A stretch of DNA of 64,000 nucleotides, taken from Candidatus Izemoplasmatales bacterium. GTDB taxonomy: Bacteria; Bacillota_I; Bacilli_A; Izemoplasmatales; Hujiaoplasmataceae. The notes under the pieces are model-generated. The model saw nothing but the letters and a program-made list of their open reading frames with translations, was not told the DNA's origin and ran no database searches. The stretch's first letter is position 1; each line of letters begins with the position of its first letter. The position numbers were made by a program, and so were the translations under genes. The stretch lies in contig JBFXGX010000002.1 of NCBI GenBank assembly GCA_050177605.1, forward strand, positions 88,114 to 152,113. The letters run 5' to 3'. This document shows, piece after piece, positions 9,420-18,967 of the stretch.

Positions 9420-10547
9420 TTGGCAACATTAACTTTTAAGAATCTTGATAAAGTCTATGATAATGGTGTTCAAGCCGTATTTGACTTTAGTTTAGATGTA
9501 AAACACAAAGAATTTATCGTATTCGTCGGTCCTTCTGGATGTGGAAAATCTACAACACTTCGTATGGTTGCTGGTCTTGAAGAAATTACAGCTGGAGAAC
9601 TTTATATTGATGATGTGCTTGTAAACGATGTCGCACCAAAAGACAGAAATATCGCGATGGTATTCCAATCTTACGCCTTATATCCTCATATGTCAGTTTA
9701 TGATAATATGGCGTTTGGTTTAAAACTTCGTAAAATGCCAAAAGACGAAATTGAAAGAAGAGTAAAAAAAGCAGCAGATATCTTAGGTTTAACTGGTTAT
9801 TTAGATCGTAAACCAAAAGCATTATCTGGTGGACAAAGACAACGTGTGGCTTTAGGTAGAGCAATCGTTCGTGATGCAAAAGTGTTCTTAATGGATGAAC
9901 CTTTAAGTAACCTTGATGCTAAACTAAGAGTAGCGATGAGAGCTGAATTAATTAAATTACATGAAACACTAGACACGACTACTATCTATGTAACCCATGA
10001 CCAAATTGAAGCGATGACGATGGCTTCTAGAATTGTTGTTATGAAAGATGGATATATTCAACAAATCGGTGCACCAAAAGAAATTTATGACAATCCAAAC
10101 AATATGTTCGTTGGTGGATTCATTGGAACACCAGCAATGAACTTCTTAACTGGTGAAGTTCAAGATGATGGTTATTTCTATTGTGAAAATTTAAAATTAG
10201 AAGTTCCTGCACCTAAATTTGCAATGTTAAAAGAAAAAGATTATTTAAATTGCCCAATCGTTTTAGGTATTCGTCCTGAAGATATTCATGATGAAGTTGT
10301 TGCGCTAGAAACTTACAAAACTTCAAAAGCTGAATTACTTGTGGATGTTGCCGAACTTCTTGGAGCGGAAACAAACATTCATATCGCTATCGGTGGATCA
10401 AACATTATTGCAAAAGTAAATGCACGTAGTGATGTTCATATCGGTGACAAAATTCCTCTAGCTTTCAACATGAACAAATGTCATTTCTTCAATGTTGATA
10501 CAGAACTTAGATTGACTAAATTCTCAAAAGGAAGAAACGCAGAATAA
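9420..10547 (+). CDS. msmX: Multiple-sugar ABC transporter ATPase (MsmX/MsmK)
   Basis: GPSGCGKST, LSGGQRQR, LMDEPLSNLD, C-terminal TOBE region; TTG start after AAGGAGGT. Confidence 0.92.
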   Translation: MATLTFKNLDKVYDNGVQAVFDFSLDVKHKEFIVFVGPSGCGKSTTLRMVAGLEEITAGELYIDDVLVNDVAPKDRNIAMVFQSYALYPHMSVYDNMAFGLKLRKMPKDEIERRVKKAADILGLTGYLDRKPKALSGGQRQRVALGRAIVRDAKVFLMDEPLSNLDAKLRVAMRAELIKLHETLDTTTIYVTHDQIEAMTMASRIVVMKDGYIQQIGAPKEIYDNPNNMFVGGFIGTPAMNFLTGEVQDDGYFYCENLKLEVPAPKFAMLKEKDYLNCPIVLGIRPEDIHDEVVALETYKTSKAELLVDVAELLGAETNIHIAIGGSNIIAKVNARSDVHIGDKIPLAFNMNKCHFFNVDTELRLTKFSKGRNAE

Positions 10548-10552
10548 TTATC

Positions 10553-10580
10553 AAAAGCCACTTTCGTAGTGGCTTTTTTT
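10553..10580 (+). terminator. Intrinsic terminator after msmX
   Basis: AAAAGCCACT-ttcgt-AGTGGCTTTT followed by a T-tract. Confidence 0.85.
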
Positions 10581-10640
10581 ATGGTTTTTTTCAAATAACA
10601 ATTCCTTGTTTCTATGATATCCTTAACTAGGGGTGGCATC

Positions 10641-11054
10641 GTGGATTATCTAGTGAAAGATCAGTATGGCGAAGTATTTGTCGTAGAAAATCATCAAATC
10701 ACCAAAGTTGATTGTTCGCTTGAGAGGTATTTAAATCACTTGCTTGAACTACGTCTTTCTTCACTTCAGGCAACGCTCAAATCAGTGAAAAGAAATTTAA
10801 ATATCGCTCATTTAACACCACTTTATATTAATCAAAAAACACTTTTGTTTCCATTATCTGGTAGAAGAAGTAAAGAGACAATTTATCTAAACTTTCACCA
10901 AATTGACCAAATAGAAACGCATCACCAACATCAGGCGATCATCTCATTTAAAAATAATCACCAAATGATTTTGTCTTCAAGAAAGACACTCTATCGTGGG
11001 TTAACTAAATGTGAAAAAATCATTGACTATCTAAATGAGATAAATTCAAAATAA
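10641..11054 (+). CDS. comK: ComK-family competence transcription factor-like protein
   Basis: SSLQATLKSVKRNLNIAHLTPLYINQKTLLFPLSGRRSKETIYLNFHQI...ISFKNNHQMIL matches the ComK pattern (SS..I.H..P...LFP..S.....I...H/QI...F.N). GTG start at 10641 after AGGGGTG. Confidence 0.7.
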   Translation: MDYLVKDQYGEVFVVENHQITKVDCSLERYLNHLLELRLSSLQATLKSVKRNLNIAHLTPLYINQKTLLFPLSGRRSKETIYLNFHQIDQIETHHQHQAIISFKNNHQMILSSRKTLYRGLTKCEKIIDYLNEINSK

Positions 11055-11156
11055 GAAAATGTTTTCATTTTTACAAAAGCCATACATTTAAGTAGAATTT
11101 TTAATATAAAAATAGTATAATGAGTATTGTTGTAAGCGATATTTTAGGAGGACAAT

Positions 11157-12383
11157 ATGAAAAAGAAAACGGTCGAAGACCTATTTGTTTCTGGAAAAAA
11201 AGTACTCGTAAGAGTAGATTTTAACGTTCCAATGGATAACGGAGTAATTACTGATGATAATCGTATCAAACAAGCTTTACCTACAATTAAATACCTTTTA
11301 GAAGAAGACGGAAAGGTAATCTTGTTTAGCCATTTAGGCCGTGTTAAATCAGAAGCAGACAAAGCCAGTGCAAGTTTAGCACCAGCCGCTGCTAGACTAT
11401 CCGAGTTATTAGGGCAAACAGTGAAATTTGTTCCTTTCACAAGAGGGCCAGAATTAGAAAAAGCCATCAATGAATTAAAAAATGGCGAAGCATTAATGTT
11501 TGAAAACACAAGATTTGAAGATATTAATGGTAAAAAAGAATCTTCAAATGATCCAGAACTTGGCGCATACTGGGCAAGCCTAGGAGATGTATTCGTTAAC
11601 GATGCATTCGGTACTGCTCACCGTGCACATGCTAGTAATGTAGGTATCGCATCTCATTTAGATAGCGCTGCTGGCTTCTTAGTAGAAAAAGAATTACGTT
11701 ATATTGGAGATGCTGTTGACAATCCTGATCGTCCTTTCGTTGCGATTTTAGGTGGGGCAAAAGTATCTGATAAAATTGCAGTGATTGAAAACCTACTTAA
11801 AAAAGCTGATAAAGTATTAATTGGTGGAGGTATGGCTTATACTTTCATGAAATCTCAAGGATACAATATTGGTACTTCAATTTGCGAAGATGATAAATTA
11901 GAACTTGCTAAAAGTTTACTAGATAAAGCAAATGGCAAATTAATTCTTCCAGTGGACTTAGTTGTGACTGAAGAATTTAAAGCTGATGCAGCTTCAAGAA
12001 TCACTACTTACAAAGACATCAAAGCAAACGAAATGGGCTTAGATGTTGGACCTAAGACAATCGAACTATTCAAAAAAGAATTAAAAGGTGCAAAAACAGT
12101 GGTATGGAATGGACCTCTTGGAGTATTCGAATTTGAACAATTCGCCAAAGGAACCAAAGCTATTTGTGAAATTCTTGCGGGATTAAAAGACGCAAAAACA
12201 ATTATCGGTGGTGGAGATAGTGCCGCTGCAGCGATTTCAATGGGCTTTGAAAAAGACTTTACTCATATTTCAACTGGTGGTGGAGCTTCTTTAGAATATT
12301 TAGAAGGACAACCTCTTCCTGGTGTAGAAGCTTTAGCAGACGCACCGAAATGTAATTGCGGCGACGCAGGATGTGATTGCTAG
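11157..12383 (+). CDS. pgk: Phosphoglycerate kinase with Cys-rich C-terminal tail
   Basis: [39 protein letters not shown]. Confidence 0.97.
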   Translation: MKKKTVEDLFVSGKKVLVRVDFNVPMDNGVITDDNRIKQALPTIKYLLEEDGKVILFSHLGRVKSEADKASASLAPAAARLSELLGQTVKFVPFTRGPELEKAINELKNGEALMFENTRFEDINGKKESSNDPELGAYWASLGDVFVNDAFGTAHRAHASNVGIASHLDSAAGFLVEKELRYIGDAVDNPDRPFVAILGGAKVSDKIAVIENLLKKADKVLIGGGMAYTFMKSQGYNIGTSICEDDKLELAKSLLDKANGKLILPVDLVVTEEFKADAASRITTYKDIKANEMGLDVGPKTIELFKKELKGAKTVVWNGPLGVFEFEQFAKGTKAICEILAGLKDAKTIIGGGDSAAAAISMGFEKDFTHISTGGGASLEYLEGQPLPGVEALADAPKCNCGDAGCDC

Positions 12384-12389
12384 TACCTG

Positions 12390-12932
12390 ATGTTAGGGAT
12401 TGGCAATAAGATTCGAGAGTTACGTTTAGAAAACGGATTAACCCAAGAAGAACTTGCGGATCGTAGTGAATTATCAAAAGGATTTATCTCCCAACTTGAA
12501 AGTGATAAAACCTCACCTTCGATTGAGACCCTACAAGATATTCTTGAAGTCCTTGGAACAAACCTTTCTGATTTCTTTTCGAAAGAGGAAGAAGAAGTAT
12601 TTGTATTTACTGAATCTGAATTTTTTGAAAAAATAGATCATGAAAAAAATATTAAAATCAGTTGGATTGTGCCCAATGCACAAAAATATGAAATGGAACC
12701 CATTTTACTTGAACTGAGTCCAAGTGGAGTAGCTTATGATGATGAGCCACATGCTGGTGAAGAATTTGGCTATGTATTAGAAGGCGAAGTTATTTTAAAG
12801 GTGGGAAAGAAGAAAGCAAAACTTGAAAAAGGACAAACTTTTTATTACATTTCTAACAAAGCTCATTCATTAGAAAATCATTCAAATCATAACGCGGTGG
12901 TTCTTTGGGTATCCACGCCACCAATGTTTTAA
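12390..12932 (+). CDS. XRE-family HTH / cupin regulator (PuuR-like)
   Basis: LTQEELADRSELSKGFISQLE HTH; cupin motif PHAGEEFGYVLEG. Confidence 0.88.
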   Translation: MLGIGNKIRELRLENGLTQEELADRSELSKGFISQLESDKTSPSIETLQDILEVLGTNLSDFFSKEEEEVFVFTESEFFEKIDHEKNIKISWIVPNAQKYEMEPILLELSPSGVAYDDEPHAGEEFGYVLEGEVILKVGKKKAKLEKGQTFYYISNKAHSLENHSNHNAVVLWVSTPPMF

Positions 12933-12946
12933 AAAGGAGAACGCAA

Positions 12947-13192
12947 ATGGAAAAAACAATTACCATTAAATCAACACATGGTTTACATGCTGAACTAGCA
13001 GCTAAAATCGTTCAGACTGCAAGTAAATATGATGTAGATATTAAATTAGTTTATGCACATGTCACAATTGATGCCAAATCAATTTTAGGATTAATGAGTT
13101 TAGCCGTACCTCAAGGCGAAAATGTAAAATTAATCGCAGTTGGAGATAATGCAGCAACTGCAATTTCAGACATTGAAAAAGTGTTAGCGTAA
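12947..13192 (+). CDS. HPr-family phosphocarrier (atypical active-site loop)
   Basis: GLHAE (His15-equivalent) and DAKSILGLMSL (Ser46-equivalent); ATG at 12947 after AAGGAG. Confidence 0.88.
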   Translation: MEKTITIKSTHGLHAELAAKIVQTASKYDVDIKLVYAHVTIDAKSILGLMSLAVPQGENVKLIAVGDNAATAISDIEKVLA

Positions 13193-13193
13193 T

Positions 13194-13949
13194 ATGAGAA
13201 AACCTATTATCGCTGGCAATTGGAAAATGTTCAAGACCAGAGATGAAGCTTTATACTTCATTTTAAAAGTATCAACGATGGTGCCAGACATTGAAAAGGT
13301 TGATACTGTTGTTGTTTCGCAAGCTCCATTATTAAGAGACCTTGTGAAACGCCAAGGAGATAATCTACGTATTGGTGCACAAAATCTTTATTTTGAAGAT
13401 GAAGGCGCATTTACAGGAGAGGTATCTGGTGCTTTACTTGCTAGTTACAATGTTGAATACGTTGTAATCGGACATAGTGAAAGAAGAAATATCTTCCATG
13501 AAACCGATGAAGAGGTCAACAAGAAATTAGTCGCAGCATTAAGAAATGAAATTACTCCAATCGTTTGTGTCGGCGAACACTTAAGTGAACGCGAAAACAA
13601 TCAAACGAATGATGTTTTACGTACGCAATTAACAAAAGCTTTTGAGGGTATTAGTGAAGAAGACGCTTTAAAAGTTGTCATCGCATATGAACCAATATGG
13701 GCAATCGGTACAGGTAAAACAGCGACAGCTGATGTTGCGAATGAAACTTGTGGATTTGTTCGTCATATGGTTGAAGAACTTTATTCAAAAGAAACTTCAG
13801 AATTAGTTCGTATTCAATATGGTGGTTCAGTAAAACCAGAAAATATTGAAGAATTATTATCGAAAGAACACATTGATGGTGCATTAATCGGTGGAGCATC
13901 CCTTGATCCAGATAAATTCATCGCAATGGCTAAAGCAGCAGTAAAATAA
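13194..13949 (+). CDS. tpiA: Triosephosphate isomerase
   Basis: AGNWKM, GHSERR, AYEPIWAIGTG, YGGSVK, GGASL. Confidence 0.97.
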   Translation: MRKPIIAGNWKMFKTRDEALYFILKVSTMVPDIEKVDTVVVSQAPLLRDLVKRQGDNLRIGAQNLYFEDEGAFTGEVSGALLASYNVEYVVIGHSERRNIFHETDEEVNKKLVAALRNEITPIVCVGEHLSERENNQTNDVLRTQLTKAFEGISEEDALKVVIAYEPIWAIGTGKTATADVANETCGFVRHMVEELYSKETSELVRIQYGGSVKPENIEELLSKEHIDGALIGGASLDPDKFIAMAKAAVK

Positions 13950-13955
13950 ATCATT

Positions 13956-13981
13956 GGAACTCAACTGAGTTCCTTTTTTTT
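13956..13981 (+). terminator. Intrinsic terminator after tpiA
   Basis: GGAACTC-aact-GAGTTCC followed by a T-tract. Confidence 0.85.
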
Positions 13982-13995
13982 CGTGATAAATTGGC

Positions 13996-14026
13996 AAAAA
14001 AAAACGCATCCGAAGGGATGCGTTTT
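13996..14026 (-). terminator. Intrinsic terminator after rpsD
   Basis: AAAACGCATCC-gaag-GGATGCGTTTT with an A-run on its left (T-tract on the minus strand). Confidence 0.85.
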
Positions 14027-14033
14027 AAATATC

Positions 14034-14633
14034 TTACTTATTGTATAACTCAACGATAAGATTTTCTTTAATTTCAGGTAAAATTTCGCTTCTTTCTGGT
14101 AAACGTACGAAAGTTGCAGTGTTGTTGTTATCATCAAAGCTGACGAATTCAACTCTACTCACAACAGCTTCTAACGCTTCTTTAATCACGACTAAGTCTT
14201 TGGATCCTTCTTTAACAGAAATCACTTGACCTGGTTTTAATCTCATTGAAGGGATACTAGCTTTTGTACCATTCACTAAGATGTGTCCATGATTAACAAG
14301 TTGGCGAGCTTGTTGACGAGTTCTTGCAAATCCAGCACGGAATACGAGGTTATCTAATCTTGATTCTAATAAGAATAAGAAGTTTGCACCTTGTTTACCA
14401 GCCATTTTCTTTGCTTCATTGAATGTTTTACGGAATTGTTTTTCATTTACTCCGTAAGTAAATCTCACTCTTTGTTTTTCTTGTAACTGAACACCGTATT
14501 CAGATAACTTAGAACGTTTTTGTCCATGTTGCCCTGGAGCATATGGACGTTTGTTAAGCTCTTTACCAGTTTCAGAGATAGAATAACCTAAACGACGAGA
14601 TACTTTCCATTCAGAACCTAAAAATCTTGACAT
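14034..14633 (-). CDS. rpsD: 30S ribosomal protein S4
   Basis: [44 protein letters not shown]. Confidence 0.97.
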   Translation of the reverse strand: MSRFLGSEWKVSRRLGYSISETGKELNKRPYAPGQHGQKRSKLSEYGVQLQEKQRVRFTYGVNEKQFRKTFNEAKKMAGKQGANFLFLLESRLDNLVFRAGFARTRQQARQLVNHGHILVNGTKASIPSMRLKPGQVISVKEGSKDLVVIKEALEAVVSRVEFVSFDDNNNTATFVRLPERSEILPEIKENLIVELYNK

Positions 14634-14804
14634 ATATTTTCCTCCTTAATTTATTTACGTGTAACAAGTGAGGAGTCTTTCACTAAATCTTTGAGATTAT
14701 TTTGATGGGTTCTAGTTAAGCAGTTAACAATACTACCAAACCATATTAGGAACAATCTCTAAAAAACTTATAAATAAAGACAACTGCTTTTTATTACATG
14801 CGCA
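14634..14804 (-). ncRNA. Putative S4 (rpsD) autoregulatory mRNA leader
   Basis: About 170-nt 5'UTR with GUAA near each end and complementary segments (AAGCAGUU/AACUGCUU, GUCUUU/AAAGAC, GAGAUUGUU/AAUAAUCUC). Confidence 0.6.
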
Positions 14805-14810
14805 CGTGAT

Positions 14811-14839
14811 ATTATAACCTAATACCTATAAAATGTCAA
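14811..14839 (-). promoter_or_regulatory. sigmaA promoter of rpsD
   Basis: Perfect TTGACA-17-TATAAT on the minus strand (tgtcaa 14834-14839, attata 14811-14816). Confidence 0.9.
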
Positions 14840-15305
14840 CCAAAAGATGAACTGCTTTTTCTAGATATAATTGATCCTGTTTCGAAAATCTAGAAAGGCT
14901 CGGACTATCTAAATCGAGCACACCATAGAGCATCCCATTTTTAATGATTGGAATGACGATTTCCGACTTCGATAAAGGGTCGCAAGCTATGTGTCCAGGA
15001 AATGCATGAGTATCATCAACGAGAACAGTTTTTCTCTCTTTTGCAGCAGTACCACAAACTCCCTTGCCGATTTCTATTTCAACACATGCTGGTTTTCCTT
15101 GAAAAGGACCCAGGACGAGTTTCCCCTCATGGAATAAATAAAAACCAGCCCAATTCACATCTTCAAAAAAGTCATAAACAATTGCACTAAAATTAGCGAG
15201 ATTTGAGATGTCAAGTAGAAACTTATCTAGATATCCTTTGACATAACTTATGAATAGTTCATATCTTTCTTCTTTTGAAATTTCTTTATTTGGATGGGTA
15301 TACAT
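14826..15305 (-). CDS. msrC: GAF-domain free methionine-R-sulfoxide reductase
   Basis: NWAGFY, LGPFQGKPAC, GKGVCG, GHIACD, SEIVIP, LDLDSP; likely ATG at 15305 (MYTHPNK). Confidence 0.88.
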   Translation of the reverse strand: MYTHPNKEISKEERYELFISYVKGYLDKFLLDISNLANFSAIVYDFFEDVNWAGFYLFHEGKLVLGPFQGKPACVEIEIGKGVCGTAAKERKTVLVDDTHAFPGHIACDPLSKSEIVIPIIKNGMLYGVLDLDSPSLSRFSKQDQLYLEKAVHLLVDIL

Positions 15306-15387
15306 TTTATCACCGTGACAATTATAAAATAGTTTCCAATAATTTTCAATAAATATGATAAAATAGAGTGTGGTAAAGGGTGATTTT

Positions 15388-16617
15388 ATGAAGACAGAAG
15401 GCATTTTAATCCGTTTTGGAGATTTAACAATCAAAGGTAAAAATCAGAAGTTATTTGTACGAGCTATCAATGAATTAATTAAGGAGAAACTCGAAGGTCT
15501 AGAAATTGAATATGATTTTAATCATGACCGACTATATATATTCTTTGAAAAAGAAGTGAAAGAGGAAGTTAAAAAGAGATTGCTTTATGTATCCGGGCTC
15601 TATTCTTTTAGTGAAATCATCAAGGTAGAAAAAGATATCGAGTTGATTGCCGCAAAAGCTATTGAATTGATTATCCAAGAAACAAAAGAACTACCGACCT
15701 TGTTTAAAGTAGATACAAAGAGAGCTGACAAAAATTTTCCGATTAACTCGATGGATTTTTCAAAACAAATATCGGGCAAGATTTTAAGAAACTGCCCGTT
15801 CTTAAAAGTCGATGTTCATCATCCGCAGTTGACACTGGATATCGAAATTAGAAGAGAGTCTGCGTATATCTATATATCTGAAACAAAAGGTATGGGAGGG
15901 TTTCCGCTTCCTATGGGAGGAAAAGGACTCGTTCTACTTAGCGGGGGAATTGATTCTCCCGTCGCATCTTATCTTTCGATGAAAAAGGGAATTCACATCG
16001 AATGTATTCATTTTGAGAGTACCCCCCTTACACCGATGGAATCCGCTCAGAAGATTATTGATATTGCGAGCGTACTCGCGCGTTATAATTTAGGAAACAG
16101 CGTGAAGATTCTATTTGTTCCTTTCAAAGACATTCACGAACAAATTCTTTTAAAGATACCAGAAGAGTATCATATTACAATTATGAGAAGAATGATGCTA
16201 AGAATCGCCACAGGACTACTAGAACAAAGAAAAGCTAAAGTATTAATTACCGGTGATTCGATCGGTCAAGTTGCATCTCAAACGATTGAATCGTTAAATA
16301 CGATCCAAAATGTAACGGATGCATTAATCTTAAGACCTTTAACTACTTATGATAAACTGGATATAATTAAGATTGCTTCAGAGATTGAAACTTTAGCAAT
16401 TTCGAATCGTCCATTTCAAGATTGTTGCACGGTGTATACGCCAAAAAATCCTGCAATTCATCCGACGATTAAAATTGCACAACGCTACGAATTAAACTTC
16501 GATTATCAGCCGATGATTGAAGAAGCCATTAAAAAAACGAAGATACTTACAGTTAGAAAAGATTTACCTGTGAATATTACAACGAAGGGCTGGGTATTAC
16601 AAGAGGTGTTGGAATGA
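15388..16617 (+). CDS. thiI: tRNA 4-thiouridine synthase ThiI (no rhodanese domain)
   Basis: THUMP domain, PP-loop LSGGIDSPV, GQVASQT, DCC. Confidence 0.93.
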   Translation: MKTEGILIRFGDLTIKGKNQKLFVRAINELIKEKLEGLEIEYDFNHDRLYIFFEKEVKEEVKKRLLYVSGLYSFSEIIKVEKDIELIAAKAIELIIQETKELPTLFKVDTKRADKNFPINSMDFSKQISGKILRNCPFLKVDVHHPQLTLDIEIRRESAYIYISETKGMGGFPLPMGGKGLVLLSGGIDSPVASYLSMKKGIHIECIHFESTPLTPMESAQKIIDIASVLARYNLGNSVKILFVPFKDIHEQILLKIPEEYHITIMRRMMLRIATGLLEQRKAKVLITGDSIGQVASQTIESLNTIQNVTDALILRPLTTYDKLDIIKIASEIETLAISNRPFQDCCTVYTPKNPAIHPTIKIAQRYELNFDYQPMIEEAIKKTKILTVRKDLPVNITTKGWVLQEVLE

Positions 16618-17153
16618 AACAACTTGAAACAAACAGATTAATACTTCGTGATTTTACACTAGACGACGTTGATGATTTATATGAATATGCATCCTTAGAT
16701 ACTGTGGGTCCAAGCGCTGGCTGGGCGCCACACAATTCAAAACATGAGTCGCTGCAGATTTTAAGACACTTCATCGAAAAACAAGATGTATGGGCAATTG
16801 AGTTAAAAGAAGAAGGAAAAGTCATTGGATCGATTGGATTACATAAGCGAATCAATGTTGAAGGAAGACTCCTCCACGAAGTTGGTTATGTACTATCCAC
16901 ACCATATGAAGGGCATGGATACATGACGGAGGCTTGTAAAAAGGTCTTAAATTATGCTTTTATGGATCTTGACGTTGATATTGTCAAGGTAGCTCATTTC
17001 CTTGGAAATGACAAATCGAGAAGGGTCATTGAAAAATGTGGATTCATCTATGAAAAAGAAGGAACACATCAATCGTTAAGCTATGGTCCTAAATTATCAA
17101 AAATCTATTATATGACAAAAACAGAGTATCTACACATGGAGGGAATATTATGA
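16614..17153 (+). CDS. GNAT N-acetyltransferase (RimJ/RimL-like)
   Basis: LETNRLILR, EVGY...GHGYMTEA, NDKSRRVIEKCGF. Confidence 0.88.
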   Translation: MKQLETNRLILRDFTLDDVDDLYEYASLDTVGPSAGWAPHNSKHESLQILRHFIEKQDVWAIELKEEGKVIGSIGLHKRINVEGRLLHEVGYVLSTPYEGHGYMTEACKKVLNYAFMDLDVDIVKVAHFLGNDKSRRVIEKCGFIYEKEGTHQSLSYGPKLSKIYYMTKTEYLHMEGIL

Positions 17154-18907
17154 ACAATTGGGATTTATCAAAATTTTATTTAGGATTTCAAGATCCAAAA
17201 TTTCTTGAAGACTTGGAAACTTTTCAAAAAGAAATTAAAGCGTTAGCTTCACTTGAATCATCTTTTTCAGGGCAAGAAAATGCACAAGAAAAATTAGTTG
17301 ATTTCTTGACAAAACTATCGAATTTTTACAAATTAACTGACAAGTTAATGCAATTCGCATCCTTATCATCTTCGACGGATTCAACGAATATGGAAGCTAT
17401 CAAAGCAATGAATAAAATGCAATCAGAATTAGCGAAACTTGCACGTGTTTCAACCGCATTCAGCAAGTGGCTTGTAACACTTCCTTCCCTTGAGGAAATG
17501 TTAAAAGCGAACCCTTTTTTAGAGGAACATGCATTTATCATTCAAGAAATGAGACAAAATGCCACTCATTTGCTAGATGAAGATACAGAAAGTTTAATTG
17601 CTGAATTAAAACAATCTGGTTCTTTAGCATGGGATCGTCTTCAATCATTACTCACTTCTACTGTAGCAGTCGATTATGAGGGAAAAGAAATTACATTATC
17701 AGAAGTTCGTAATCTTGCGTATGAACCAGAAGCCGAAGTGAGAAAAAATGCTTATTTTGCAGAATTAGCAGCTTATAAGAAAATTGATCAATCTGTAGCA
17801 TTTAGCCTCAATGCAATTAAGGGAGAAGTCAATGTTCTTTCTAAAAAAAGAGGATATGCATCGCCACTTGATCAAACCCTTGAACAAAGTCGTATTTCAA
17901 GAAAAACCCTTGATTCAATGATTAGTGCAATGGAAGATTACTTAGAAATGTTCCGCGCTTATCTCAAAAGAAAAGGTGAATTACTTGGACATAAAAATGG
18001 TTTACCTTTCTATGATTTATTCGCACCTATGGGCAAAGTTAGTCAAACTTTCACTGTAGAAGAAGCCAATGCATACATTTTAAAGAATTTTGGTACATTT
18101 AGTCCTAGACTACATGAAATGGCTGAACGTGCTTTTAGAGATCATTGGGTTGATTACCTTCCTAAAAAAGGAAAAGTTGGTGGAGCATTCTGTTCTAACG
18201 CTCACAGTATCAAAGAATCTCGTGTATTAACGAATTTTACAGGTTCATTTAGTGATGTAATTACATTAGCCCATGAACTTGGACATGCTTATCATGGCGA
18301 AGCGATTTTTACAGAATCTATTTTAAATGCTGAATACACAATGCCAGTGGCTGAAACAGCATCTACTTTCTGTGAAACCATCGTGAATAAAGCAGCATTA
18401 AAAGATGCAAAAACTGTGGATGAAAAAATCAATTTGCTTGAGTCTTCTATTCAAGATTATACCCAAGTTATTGTAGATATCTTATCAAGATTTTACTTTG
18501 AAAAGTCTGTTTTCGAAGGAAGAGTCACTACAATTTTTGATGAAAATGAATTAAAAGAATTGATGCTTGACGCTCAAAAAAGAACCTATGGTGATGGTTT
18601 AGATCCTGCGTTCTATCATCCATATATGTGGTTATGTAAATCGCATTACTACAGTGGCGGGTTAAGTTATTACAACTTCCCATACGCTTTTGGATTATTG
18701 TTTGCCAAAGGATTATACGCGAAGTATTTAGAAGATAAAGATGCCTTTGTTCCATTATATGATGAATTATTAAGTGCTACAGGAAGAAATACTTGTGAAG
18801 ATGCAGCAAAGATAGCTGGAATTGACGTTACTGATAAAGCATTCTGGGTCTCTAGTTTAGAGCTATTAAAAGAAGATATTACACTTTTCCTTGAATTAAC
18901 AAAATAA
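17150..18907 (+). CDS. pepF: M3B oligoendopeptidase F family peptidase
   Basis: WDLS, KGKVGGAFC, zinc motif TLAHELGHAYH, AETAS, YNFPYAFG. Confidence 0.9.
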   Translation: MNNWDLSKFYLGFQDPKFLEDLETFQKEIKALASLESSFSGQENAQEKLVDFLTKLSNFYKLTDKLMQFASLSSSTDSTNMEAIKAMNKMQSELAKLARVSTAFSKWLVTLPSLEEMLKANPFLEEHAFIIQEMRQNATHLLDEDTESLIAELKQSGSLAWDRLQSLLTSTVAVDYEGKEITLSEVRNLAYEPEAEVRKNAYFAELAAYKKIDQSVAFSLNAIKGEVNVLSKKRGYASPLDQTLEQSRISRKTLDSMISAMEDYLEMFRAYLKRKGELLGHKNGLPFYDLFAPMGKVSQTFTVEEANAYILKNFGTFSPRLHEMAERAFRDHWVDYLPKKGKVGGAFCSNAHSIKESRVLTNFTGSFSDVITLAHELGHAYHGEAIFTESILNAEYTMPVAETASTFCETIVNKAALKDAKTVDEKINLLESSIQDYTQVIVDILSRFYFEKSVFEGRVTTIFDENELKELMLDAQKRTYGDGLDPAFYHPYMWLCKSHYYSGGLSYYNFPYAFGLLFAKGLYAKYLEDKDAFVPLYDELLSATGRNTCEDAAKIAGIDVTDKAFWVSSLELLKEDITLFLELTK

Positions 18908-18967
18908 TTTTCCAACAAAAAGCACATTTCACTTGTTTATATTGATGAAGTGAATGGAGGAATCTAT

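Noticed and set aside
10553..10565. ComK-box-like AAAA-N5-TTTC upstream of comK
   Set aside because: A single half-site that is part of the msmX terminator stem; no correctly spaced second box.
15306..15434. N-terminal extensions in the ORF track (msrC to 15434; likewise leuS from 46877, HPr from 12905, ytqB from 44898)
   Set aside because: They overlap neighbouring genes or regulatory RNA; downstream starts with an RBS fit the family lengths better.
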